This document shows positions 52,706 through 64,000 of a stretch of 64,000 bases of DNA, in pieces. The stretch spans positions 496,001 to 560,000 of the forward strand of contig JABVCE010000005.1 in the NCBI GenBank assembly GCA_014905635.1, read 5' to 3'. Each line of letters opens with the position of its first letter. The first letter of the stretch is position 1. Source of the stretch: Scenedesmus sp. PABB004 (Eukaryota). The position numbers were made by a program, and so were the translations under genes. Under the pieces are notes generated by a model that saw nothing but the letters and a program-made list of their open reading frames with translations, searched no databases and was not told the DNA's origin.

Positions 52706-55700
52706 TCACGGCGGCGCGCCGCGCGGCTTCATGCCAAAGCGCGGGTTGGCCATCAGCCGCACGTGGTGCCGCCCAGCGCCGCCGCTGCCGCCGGCCCCTG
52801 CCGGCGCCGGCGGCGCGTCGCCCCCACGCGAGCGCGCGCGGGCCGCAAGGCCGCCTGCGCGCGCGGGGCCGGCGGCGGGCTGCCACACCATCGATATCGG
52901 CGCCGCCGCGTCCCAGGCGCCGCCCTCGTCGTCGCCCCGCGCCTCGCCGTCGGGGGAGGGCGACCGCAGCTCGCCCCGCGCCTCGCCGTCGGGGGAGGGC
53001 GACCGCAGCTCGCCCCGCGCCTCGCCGTCGGGGGAGGGCGACCGCAGCTCGCCCCGCGCCTCGCCGTCGGGGGAGGGCGACCGCAGCTCGCCCCGCGCCT
53101 CGCCGTCGGGGGAGGGCGACCGCAGCTCGCCCCGCGCCTCGCCGTCGGGGGAGGGCGACCGCAGCTCGCCCCGCGCCTCGCCGTCGGGGGAGGGCGACCG
53201 CAGCTCGCCCCGCGCCTCGCCGTCGGGGGAGGGCGACCGCAGCTCGCCCCGCGCCTCGCCGTCGGGGGAGGGCGACCGCAGCTCGCCCCCCGCCTCGCCG
53301 CCGAGGGAGGGCGACCGCAGCTTGCCCCGCGCCTCGCCGTCGGGGGAGGGCGGCCGCAGCTCGCAGCCCCCGTCCCAGGCACCGCCGTCGCCGTCGCCCC
53401 ACTCCTCGCCGTCAGGCGAGGGCGGCCGCAGCTCGCCCCGCGCCTCGCCGCTGGGGGAGGGCGGTCGCAGCTCGCAGCCCGCGTCCCAGGCACCGCCGCT
53501 GCAGTCACCCCGCGCCTCGCCGTTGGGGGAGGGCGGCCGCAGCTCGCGGCCCCCGTTGCGCCCGGCGAGGCCGTCCGCCGGCGGCGGCGCGGTCGACGGC
53601 GCGGGTGACCCGCGGCGCCTGGTCGCTCGCGGCGCCGCGTCGCGGCGCGGCGCGGCGCGCACCCAGCCGCTGTCGTCGCTCTCGCGGCGCGTCACGCTGG
53701 AGTGCCTGGGCGGCACGTAGGCGATGGCGTCGCGGCTGCCCAGCAGGCCGCGGCGCGCCGCGTCCCTCGCCGGCAGCAGGATGAGGCGCCGGCCGTCCCG
53801 CAGCACCGCCTCGGGCCCGCCCGGGCCGGCGAGGTTGTCGGCCAGGAAGGCGAGGGTGGAGCGGTAGAGCTGCGCGCGGCGCGGTTTTGGGCGCGCCCCA
53901 CGTGGGCACCGCGCAAACGCCGCCGGCCGCGGGGCAGCCCCGCCCCGCGCCTTGGTCGCCGCACCTTGGCGTACGCGAGCAGCGGCGCCAGGTCTGCCTC
54001 GCAGCCCATGGCGTCTTCGAACTCGGCGAGCGGCAGGCCGGCGCCCTCGGGCGCGCCGCCGCGCAGCCGCGCCAGCGCGGCGAGCAGCAGCCGCCGCAGC
54101 AGGCCGTGGCGGCGCACCGCGGACATGTAGCCGGGGACGGCCTGCGGCGAGCGCGGCGGCGGCGAGCTTGGTGCGGGCCGCCGCAGTGGCAGGCGTGCCG
54201 CGCGGGTGGTGCCAAGCGCCCCGACCCGCTCACGCGCACGCCGCCCTCGCCCGCGCGCTCCAGGGTGGAGCAGCGGCTGCTGGCAGCAAAGTCCGCGGCG
54301 CTGTAGCGACCGGGTGCGAGGCCGTGCGGCAGCGCGCCCCACAGCGCGCCACCCGGCACGAAGAGCTCGGCCACGTTGCGCGGTTCGCACGCGACCTCGA
54401 GGTTGATGCGGATGTCGGCGGCGTTGTGCAGGCCCGTCGGCGCCGCAGCCGCGAGCGCGGCGAGCTCGTGCAGCAGCACCACCGAGCGCAGCTCGTCGCG
54501 CTCGGCGCTGCTGCTCAGGGCCGCCATGCAGCCGGACAGGCGCTCGAGGCAGGCGGCAGACAGGCCAGGCAGCGAGTTGTTCAAGCGCAGGGGCGGCAGC
54601 GGGCCGCCCTGCCGCAGTGCCCCCGCCGGTGAAGCGCGCAGCTGCGACGCGCGCCCCGGCTCGGCCTTACCGCCGCCGCTCCGGTCGTGGCCGCCGCGCT
54701 GCGGCGCGCCGCGCGGCCCGCCACGGCTGGTGTCGCTGTCGCTGTCGCTGCCGCTCGGCGAGCGGCGGCGCTTGTGCGCGCCCAGGCCTGGCGCCCGGTC
54801 CTGGCTGCTGCGCCCCCTGCTGCCAGCGGCGTGCTGCCGCGGCTCCTGCTCTGCGCCGCGCGCCAGCGCCGCCTCCTGGCTGAGCTGATCCCCCTGGCTG
54901 CTGCCGCTGCCAGGGGCCAGCAGCGAGGCGGCGGCCACCGGCGCCTGGCCAGGCTGCGGCTGCTTGGGCGCCTGCTGCTGCGCTGGCACCGCCGCCGGGG
55001 CCCAGCCCTCGGCCTGCAGCTCGGCCTGCTGCGCCGCCAGCTGCGCCTTGAGCGCCGCCGCGCTCGCCGCCGCCGCCGCCAGCGCCTCTGCCGCGCCCGG
55101 GGCGGGTCGGGCGCCCCGGTCCTGGCGTCAAACCACGATGTGGCCATGACCGCCACCGGCGCCACGCTGTCATACAGCAGCCCCCGAGGCCCGTACACGC
55201 GCCCGCCGCCCGGCGCCGCGGCCCAGTGCTTGCGCGCGTGCGGCGGCAGCGCCTGCTGCAGCAGCGGCAGCAGCGGGCCGTTGGGGTTTGCGGACACAAA
55301 AGCGTGCCCAGTCAGCTGGCCGCCGGGAGCGCCGCCGCCGCCGCCGTGCGCGTCGCAGTCGAGCTGCAGGGCGCTGCGCGCGACGTGCGTGCCGCCCTGC
55401 GGGCAGGGCGGGTGCGTCGGCGCGGCGGCGGTCGCCGCTGGCTCGGCAGCGCCGCCCCCCAGGGCTGGGCCGAGCGCGAGCAGCAGCTCGCAGGGGGCCC
55501 TGCGGCCAGCGCTCGCGCACCAGGCGCCCGCCAGAGTTGCGCAGCGCCCGCATCAGCGCGCTGAGCTGCGACACGTCGCCGGCGCCCTCAGGCACCAGCA
55601 CGAGCGGCGCGCCGTCCCAGCCGGCGCTCAGCGGCGCGCCGCCGGGCGGCGCGCCGGGCGGCGGCGCCTGCCAGAGCTGCTTGAATTTGCGCGACGGCAA

Positions 55701-57260
55701 GTCCAGCACAAACTCGAGCTGCCGCGGCAGCCGCTGGTAGCGCAGCCAGTAGCCAGCGTCGCCGCCGCCGGCACTGGCGCCGTCCGCGCACGGAGGAGCG
55801 AAGAGGTGGCCGCACGCGGCAAAGGCGCCGCCGAGGCGGCCGTCCGGCGTGCGCCACGTGACGCGGCCGCGCCACACCTGCGCGCGCCGGGCGGCGGCGC
55901 GCCGCGTCGCGGCCGGGCCGGCCGCCGGCAGCAGCAGCCGCGGCGCGCCCGCCTGCCCGCGCGCGCCCGGGGTCGCGCGTGCGGGCGACCGCCGCCGCGG
56001 CGAGCGGCAGCTCACCAGCGTCTCGACCTCCGCAAAGCACAAGCGGCACTCGGGGGCCGGCACAGCGCTGAGGGAGAACACGTCCACGTCCATTCCCAGG
56101 TCGGTGATGGGCGGCGCGCCTGGCGCGCGAGGCAGAGGTGCGGCGCGCGAGGCCGAGGTGAGCCGGCGAGGGCGTGCACGATGGGCGGGGAGCGCCCGCA
56201 CTCCACCGCTGCACGCCGCCGCTGACCGACGAGGGACGCCGCGCGGCGGCTGAGGCTGCGGGCGTCGGTGCTGAGGCCGGCGGGCGCCGCAGGCGGGAGC
56301 GCAGCGGCCGGGCCCGACGCGCCCCCGCTGGCCGCCGCGCGCGGCGCCGGGGTGGGTCGCCGGCGGGCGCGGGCGCCATCGTGGCGGCGCACGCGCCGCT
56401 CGCCCCGGCCTCGCCCGAGCCCGAGCCCGGCCCCGTGGCGGCGGCGGCCGCGGCTGCGAGGGCGGCCAGCCGCTCCTCCAGGCGCGCGACCTCGCCCTCC
56501 GCCGCCTGGCGCTCCCTGCGGCCAGCGGCGCCCGCGACGGCGCGGCAGCGTGGGCAGCCAGCGGAGGGCGCGGCGACCGCGGGGCGCGCGCGCAAGCAAA
56601 GCGTGGGCGAGCGCTCACTCACGCGGCGCTCGCGTGCGCGAGCCGGTGCAGGGCGGCGGCCCGCGCGGCCAGCGTCCGCGTCGCCTGCAGCCGGATCGCC
56701 GCGGCGTGCAGGGCGGCCTGGCTGACGCCCAGCAGGCGCAGCACGGCCTGCGCCTCGTCCGCAGCGGGCGGGGCGGCGCCGGCGCCGGGCTCGCGCCCGC
56801 GCAGCGCCACCGCCGGGACGGTGCGCGCCGCGACAGAGCCGCCGCCAGGGGCGAGCTCCAGCACGCGCACGCCCGCGAGCGCGCCGGTCGACGTCCGCAG
56901 CACGCGCTCGACCACCGCGAGCTGCGGCGCGCCCGGCAGCTCCAGCAGCGTGTGCGCGAGCGCCGCCGGCGCCTGCGCGCGCGGAGCGGCGCGGCGCTGC
57001 GTCGCGCGCTGCGCGGCGGCCAGCGGCGCTGCGGCCGGTGCGGCGCGGCCCACGCTGTGCGTCCAGCGCGGCTCCTACGCGCCCTTCCGCGGAACGGGCA
57101 AACGAAGCTGGCGCACGCACGCGGCGGAGCGCAGCGCAGCGGACCGGCCGCCGCTGCTCCGCACCGAAACCTCGCCGGGGACGAACAGGCCCGACTCGCC
57201 CACCGTGTCGAGCATGTGCGCCTCCCGCCCCGACCACGCGAGCAACGAGGCGAGGCTCAT
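52706..57260 (-). CDS. Large hypothetical multi-exon protein with a C-terminal Ser/Pro tandem repeat (apparent frameshift at ~55100)
   Basis: Successive GT-AG-bounded protein-like exons (MSLASLLAWSGREAH...; VWRGRVTW...LPRQLEFVLDL...; LERLSGCMAAL...; LYRSTLAFLADNL...; GELRSPSPDGEAR repeats). It could be two genes. Confidence 0.55.
52932..53545. repeat. 39-bp coding minisatellite: 9 perfect copies (52932-53282) plus degenerate copies
   Basis: Unit TCGCCCCGCGCCTCGCCGTCGGGGGAGGGCGACCGCAGC, which encodes GELRSPSPDGEAR repeats on the minus strand. Confidence 0.97.
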
Positions 57261-57597
57261 GGCGGGCGCGCCGGCGGCTGGTGCTGTCGCCGCGTGGCGT
57301 GCGCGGCCAGCCGCTGCGGCGCTGCGCGCCGGCTGCTGTGGACGGGCCGTGCAGGGCGGGGGGCGCCCGGGGAGGGGCGGCCGGCGGTCGCACGGCCGCC
57401 TGCGGACCGACCGTTCAGCCGCCGCCCGCCCCGGCGCATCTCACGCGGCTTCGGGCGCGGCCAAAGCGCTGGGCGCGAGCCAAAGCGCTAGCGCGGGTTA
57501 ACCGTCAACCGCATGCGCCGACCGCCAATGCACACGCGCAGCGCTGGCGCGCGCGCGCTCGGGGTCCGACGCCCCGCGCCGCCGCCGCTCGCGTCGC

Positions 57598-58382
57598 TCA
57601 CACCTCCATGCTGTCCAGCTCTTTCAAGCGCTCCAAGATGACCTGCGCGCGGGCGGGCGGCGCGTCTGGCATGCCGCCGCGCCGGCGGGCCCGCCGCTCC
57701 GCGCCGCCGCCCCGCTGCGCTGGCGCGCGCGCCGCTGGCATCACTCACCTTCTTGCTGGTCTCCTCGAACTCGCCGCCCAGGATGAGCTCATCCAGGATG
57801 AGGTACACCTGAGGCGAGGGAGCGAGGCAGAGAGGGAGAGGCGGCGGGAGGGCGTGTCAGCGGGGGCGCGGGCGGCGGCGTGCGGCGCTCCGCGGCCGGC
57901 GCGCGCCGGCGCGCGGCCGCCCTGGCGCCCGCCCGCGTGCCGCGCCTTGTGGAAGTTGAAGACCAGGTCGAGCTCGCAGACGTTTGAGAAGTAGTGGTCG
58001 AGGATCTCGACAAAGAGGTGGATCGCCTCGAGCGCGGTCAGCTCGTTGTCGGTCACGTCGATGCCGAGCGAGAAGAACAGCCCCGCGTAGCGCCGGTACA
58101 CGATCTTGTAGGCCTTGAACTGCGGCGGCGGCGCGCGCGGGCGGCGGCGCGCTCACGGCACGGCGCGGCGCAGTCGCGTGCGGGCGCGCGCGCCGCAGCA
58201 GCCGCGGCCGCGCCCGCCGCGCGCCGTGCCTCCGCAAAGTTCGTGTGCTTGGGGTCGCGCGTGACGATCATGCGGTGCACGTCGTACTCGAGCTTGCGCT
58301 TCTCGGCGTCGCCCACGGGGACGTAGTACTTTGCGAGCCGCGTCTTGCCCGCCCTGTTCTGCAGCAGCAGGAACCGGATCAT
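57598..58382 (-). CDS. AP2S1: AP-2 complex small subunit sigma, 4 exons
   Basis: [82 protein letters not shown]. Confidence 0.96.
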
Positions 58383-58784
58383 GGCGCCCGCCCCCCGGAC
58401 GCTGCGGACCGTCCTGCGCCCGGTCAGGCCGCGGCGGGCCGGGGCCGGGGCCGCCCCAGCGCGCGCCGGGCGGAGGCGCCCGCCGACGCCGCTGCTGTCG
58501 CGGCCGCGGCGCGTCGGCCGCCCGGCGATCGACGCTGCGGAGGGGCCGCGGCGCTGACCGACGGACCGGCCGGTCAGCAGCCGTGCAGGGAGCGAGCCAG
58601 CAGGGCGCGAGAAGCGCGGGCCTGCACAAGCAGCGGCGGCGTTTGGCGGGGGGCGGTTGGCGCAGTCGTGCCAGAGCTCTGGAGACGCTCAGGACCGCTG
58701 GCCCGGCCTGGCGCTGGGTGCGTGGCGCGCCGCGCGGGGCGCTCGGCAGGCGGTTGGGTGCGCAGCGCGTCACACGCCGCCTGC

Positions 58785-61700
58785 TCAGTCGCTGCCGTCG
58801 CTGTCGGTGTCGAACCAGTCGTCGCTGTCCGCCGCGGCCGCCGCCGGCACCGCAGCCGCCACCGGCACTGCCACCGCCGCCCCGCCGGCACCGCCACTGC
58901 GGGCGCCGGCCGGCCCAGCACGATGCGCTGGCGCTTCAGGGCCGCCTGCTGCGCCGCCGCCGCCGCGCTGTTCAGCCGGCCGGCGGCGTCGGCCAGCACG
59001 CCCGCCCGCACCGGCGCGGGCGCCGACGGCAGCCGCTCGCCGCCAGCTGTCGAGCCCGCGACGAGCGGGCGCTTGGCCGCCGCCGGCGGCGCCGGCGTGG
59101 GCGCGTGGGCGCCCGCCGCGGCGCCTGCGGCCACGCACGGCCGCGCGCCGCCGGCGCTGCTGGACGCGCCCGCCGCCGGCCGCGGCAGCCCCGGCGGCGC
59201 TGCGTGCACGCCCGGCGCCGGCCGGCGCGCGCCCCCCGCGGGCACGGGCGGCGCCGCCGCGGGCTCGGCAAAGTCAAGGCGGCCTGCGACAGAGCATGAG
59301 AAGACGAACGACACAGCATCTCCCGCCGCCGCGCGCAGCGCGGCGTCAGGCACCGTGCCCAGTGCGCCGGCGCTGTGGTGGCCGAAGCGCGACAGGTCCT
59401 CCTCCGACGGCTGCCCCACCTGCGGCCGGAAGCCGCCCAGCGCGTCCAGGTCGTCGGCGGCGCCAGCGGCGGGCGGCGCGGGCGCGTTTTGCTGCTGCGG
59501 GTCCGCCACCACCAACTGCTGCTGCTGCTCCTCTTCCTTCCGCGGCGGCGGCTCGCCCGGCTGCGGCGACGCGTCGTGCAGCTGCAGCTGCAGCTGCCCC
59601 TCGGCGCCCTGCTCCGCGTCGTCCGTGGCGACCAGCTCAAAGCCGTCGCTGTCGCTGGCCGCGCCGCCGCCGCCGCCCGGCTCGCCGTCGCCTGCATCGC
59701 TGCTCTCCTCGGCGCTGCTGCTGCCGCTGCCGCTGCTGCTGCCACTGCTGCTGCTGCTGCTGAGAAAGGCCGCGCGCTGCCGCTGCTTGGCCTTGGCCTT
59801 GGCCCGCGGCGCCTGCTGCTTGCCAGGCTTGCTGCGGCCGCCGGGGCCGCCACCGCTGGCCGCCGCGGCTGCGGCGGCCGCGGCGGCCGCCGCCGCGCGC
59901 TCTGTGCCGCCGCGGAGCATGACGTAGGTGTCCGACGCGACGTCCGGCTGCAGCGAGAAGAGCTGACGCAGCTCCTCCGCGCTCATCAGGCTCGTGCTCG
60001 GCCCGCCGCCGCCGTCGTCGCCGCCGCCGCCGCGCCGGCCGCCGCCGCGGCGGCCGGCTCCGCCCCCGCCCGCGTCGCCGCCCGCGGCGGCCGCGTTGTC
60101 CACGAGCTGCTGCAGGCCCTCCTTGTTCACCTGGCGCTGGAAGACCTTCTCTTCAATCGTCCCCGCCGAGAGCAGGCGGTACACGTAGACGCGCTTGCGC
60201 TGCCCGTCGCGCCACACCTGGGCGCCGGCCGCGGGGGCGCGCGCACGCGCGCGAGGGTGAGCAGGGCGGCGGGCGCCAGCCCGCGGCGCCGCGGCGCGCC
60301 GCGCGCGCACCCGCGCGGCCGCCTGCTTGTCCACGGCCGGGTTCCAGCTGCGGCAGCGGGCGGGCGGGCGGGCGCGGTCAGCGCGCGCACGGTCGCCGCC
60401 GCGGCTGCCCCGGCCGCCCCTTGGCACGCGCGCGCGCGGCGCGGCGGGGCGGGGCGGGGCGCACTCGGGGTCAAACAGTATCAATCGGTTGGCACCGATC
60501 AGGTTGAGGCCGCAGCCCCCGGCCTTGCTGGACAGCAGGAAGACAAACACGCGCGACCCCGGCGCGTTGAGCTGCGCGACGAGCTTCTGCCGCTTGCCGA
60601 TGGTCGTGCTGCCGTCGAGGCGCACGTGCACGTAGCCGCGCTGCCGGCAGAGCGTCGCGAGAAGGTCCAGCGTCTGGGTGTAGTTGGACACGATCACCAC
60701 CCTGCGCGCCCGCGGCGCACGCGGCGGCGGCGCACGCGTGCGGCGGCGGCGCACGCGTGCGGCGGCGGCGGCGCGTGTGTGGGGCGCGGCGCGCGCGGCG
60801 CGCGGCCCGGCCCCGCCCCCGCCCGCGCGCCGCGACCGACTTGTCGTCCGTGGTCTCCCGCAGCACCGCGAGCAGGCGCGCGACGAGCCCAAACTTGCTG
60901 CCCAGCTCCTCCCAGCCGACCGCCATCTCGCCGCGCCCGGGGCGGCCACCATCAAAGAGGCCCGGCGGGAAGAGCTCGCCCACGCCCTCAAACCCCTCCG
61001 CGACAGTGCCGTTGGCCTGGCGGCGGCGGCGGCGGCGGCGGCGCGCGGGCGGGGTGGCTGGGCGCGCGCCGGGGCGGCTGGGCGCGCGCCGCGGCGGCGG
61101 GCGCGGGCCCGCCCCGCGCGCGCGCGCAGGGCGCGCGGGCCGGCCCTGGTCTCGGCCGCACCTGGGCCTTGCTGTGCAGCGTGTCGTAGATGAGCTTTGG
61201 GTGGTTGCACCTGCGCAGGCAGCGCCCACGACGCGCGTCGGCCGCCGCTCGCTCTCCGCTGCGGGGCCCGCGCGCGCCGCGCGTGCGGCGTGCCGGCCCG
61301 GGCCTGCCCCGCGCCTGCCCCTCGCCCAGCCCCGGCAGCGCCGCGCCGCGCTCACAGCTTCTTGAGGCAGGTGATCGCCGAGAGCACGCCCGTGGCCTTG
61401 CTGCCGGCGAGCAGGCGGCGCGTCGCGTTGGAGAGCAGGAAGTGCTCGTACAGCGCCGTCTGCAGCGGCGTCAGCCGGCAGCACACCACCTGCAGCACCT
61501 GCAGTCGTTCGCGACCGCGGCCGCGGCCGCGGCGGTGGGTGCGCGCGCGCGTCGCCGGCGCGCCGCGGCTCCCTGCCGCAGCGGCGGCGGACGCGGCGCG
61601 CGTGCCTTTGGCGGGAGGTGGTCGCTGAGCAGCTTGTTGGTGCGGCGGAGAATGAAGTTGTTCACGAGCGCGCTCAGCGCCGCGCTGCGCTCCTCGCCCA

Positions 61701-63671
61701 GCGCCGCGACCGCCGGCGGCGCGCCCGGCTCGCGGCCTGCGGCGCGACGGTGGGCGCGGCGGGCGGTGGGCGCGGGCGCGGGCGTCGGACCCCCACGCCG
61801 CGCAGCGCGCCGGGGGCGGGCGCTCGGGTCTCCCTCTCGCGCTGCGCCACACACACACCCGCGAGGATGGGTCCCTCAAAGGTCTTGCGAAACTCTGCGG
61901 GGCTGCCGAGCACGCCGGGGTTGGCAAAGTCGACCATCGCAAAGAACTGCACGCCACCAGAGCGGCGAGCGGGGCGGGGCGGGAGGAGCGCGGGAGGGCG
62001 CGCGGCGGCGCGCGCGCGTGAGCGGCTGCGGCGGCGCGGCGGCGCGGCGGCGCGGCGTCCGCCCCGTCCGTCTCCCCGTCCCTCCCCCCGCCTCCCGCGC
62101 CGCGCGCCTCGTCGAGGTGGTTCTGCATCGGCGTCCCCGACAGCAGCACGCGGCGGCGCGTGGGCAGCGCGTCGAGCGCGCGGTTGGTGAGCGTGGCGTC
62201 GTTCTTGAGGCGGTGCGCCTCATCAGCGATGAGCAGGTCCACCGCCGCGCCGGGCGTGGTCAGGCGCGCCGAGTGAAGGCGGAAGGTCTCGTAGCTGCGG
62301 CGCGTGTGGGAGAGTGTCCGAGCGTGCAACGGGCGTGTGATGGGAGCAGAGGGGCGTCGCGGGCGAGCTCAGGCGCTGTCAGCAGGCACGCCGGCAGTCC
62401 CCGACACCCCTGCGCCCCATGCGCCCTGCCCCGCAGCCACGCCGCACCTGATGATGAGGCAGTGATACGGCGCGCGCGGCGCGGTGAAGCGCGCGATGGC
62501 GTCCAGCACGTCGTCGCGGCTGCTCTCGCACAGCGCCAGCGTCCTGCGGCGGCGGCGCGCGCGGCGGCGCGCCGGCTGGGCGGCGGCCACGCCGCCGGCG
62601 GCGGGCGGCGGCGGCGCGCGCGCGGCGGCACAGGCGCGGCGGGTGCGCGCGCCTGCAGCGGCCCTTGAGCCACTTGTCGCACTCGGCGTCCCAGTTGCTC
62701 ACGAGGCTGGTCGGGCAGACGATGATCGCGCGCCGTGCGAGCGGCGACCCGCCGAGCGCCGCGGCGCCCTGCGTGAGCAGCGTCCACATCAGCGAGATGC
62801 CCTGCAGCGTCTGCGCGGCGCGGCGGGGCGGGGCGGAGACGGCGGGGCCGGGGCCGGGGGGCGTGGGCCGGCGGCACACCGTGCCGCGCGGCCGGACGCC
62901 GCCGCCGCCGCCGAGCGCGGCCGCCGCCCTGGCGAGCGCCACTGCGGCGAGCGCCGCCCTGGCGCACCTTGCCCAGGCCCATGTCGTCCGCCAAGATGCA
63001 GCCTGCCGGCAGCGGCGGCGGCGGTGATGGTGTGGCGGCACGGCGGTGAGCGTGAGCTGTCTGGCGGCGCCGGCAGCTGCTGCTGCGCGGCCGGCGCCGC
63101 CGCGCGCTGACGCCGCCGCCGCACCCTGGCCGTTGGGGAGGCGCTGGCCGGTCACGCACTCAAACATGAACGCCACGCCCTCGCGCTGGTGGGGCCTCAG
63201 CCAGCGCGTGAGCATGGGGTCCACCACCACCGGCGCGTCGCCGTCGCCGGCGGCGGCGCCGCCCCCGTCAGCGGGGTCCCACAGCACCAGCGGCTCCACG
63301 CCCGGCGGCAGCGCGAGGTCCTCGGGCGCCGGCGCCGCCGCGGGCAGCTCCGGCGGCGCGACCGGGACGCGCACGGGCGCGAAGGGCTTGGTGGTGCCCC
63401 ACGCGACAAAGTGCTTGCGCGCGAGCAGCCGCCGCCGCAGCGCCTGCGGCCCGCGAGCGGCCGCGGGAACCGGGCGTCAGCCGCGGCACGGGCGCGCGGT
63501 TGCGCGCGCGGCCGGCGTGCGCGCTGCGCCGGGCGCGCGCCGCGCCGCTCACGTCGGACTGCGCCGGCGCGCCGGGCGCGGGCGAGCGGAACGCGCGGCG
63601 CAGCGTCTGCTCGCCCGCCGCGACGCTCAGGTAGCGCGACAGCACGGGCTTGCGCGTCACGTGCAGGCTGC

Positions 63672-63708
<37 letters not shown>

Positions 63709-63933
63709 GGTGAGCGAGCTGTCGGCGCAGCGGGCTCGCCGCGGCAGCAGCGCAGCAACGACGCACTCGTCTGCCAGCAGCGCACGGACGTTGCGCTCGC
63801 GCCGCGCCTCCAGCTGCTCCTGCGTGGCATGCTCCTCCTCCTCCTGCTCGTCCAGCTCCTTGGTCCGGCGCGTGGTCTGGTGCGGCCGCACGAGCTCCTC
63901 CGGCTCCAGCGCCGCCGCCGCGGACGCCGCCAT
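58785..63933 (-). CDS. RAD54: SNF2-family DNA repair/recombination translocase RAD54, multi-exon
   Basis: [122 protein letters not shown]. The true stop is probably 58785 (see the frameshift finding); 58574 as read. Confidence 0.96.
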
Positions 63934-64000
63934 CTGCCGCTGCCGCCGACGCTCCCCCACCCGGCGCGGCCGTGCGCGGCCCGGCCCACCGAGCGCACTG

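Noticed and set aside
52932..53282. Regular 39-bp repeats resembling a CRISPR array
   Set aside because: Head-to-tail units with no spacers, no cas genes, eukaryotic context, and in frame in a CDS.

Overview
Gene-dense, extremely GC-rich eukaryotic nuclear DNA with many short GC-rich spliceosomal introns and TGTAA poly(A) signals. It is most consistent with a chlorophycean green alga (Sphaeropleales/Scenedesmaceae-like; inference). Most long ORFs in the six-frame track are GC artefacts, so I rebuilt genes exon by exon by eye. About 21 multi-exon genes are present: alpha-glucan water dikinase (cut by the window start), an alpha/beta hydrolase, a FAM194/C3orf20-like protein, a cyanobacterial-type thylakoid lumen protein, EMC5, a tafazzin-like acyltransferase, HDC1/Rxt3-like, plastocyanin, PYROXD1, CPP1/CDF1, a divergent Sec23A-like protein, CBP/p300 HAC1, HOP/STI1, a MYST acetyltransferase, DUF179/AlgH, a classical Tyr phosphatase, AP-2 sigma, RAD54 and three hypothetical proteins. 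Main observations: (1) a ~450-bp inverted duplication brackets the DUF179 gene, and one arm ends 4 nt before its ATG; (2) at least 14 in-frame GC-AG introns, all AG|GC; (3) the Sec23A-like protein appears to lack the zinc finger and the canonical arginine-finger motif; (4) an orphan protein carries nine perfect 39-bp RSPSP repeats; (5) four apparent 1-nt deletions in G/C runs break reading frames and are probably assembly errors. I found no rRNA, tRNA, CRISPR array or transposase. CDS coordinates are start-to-stop spans including introns. All family assignments come from motif recognition, not database searches.
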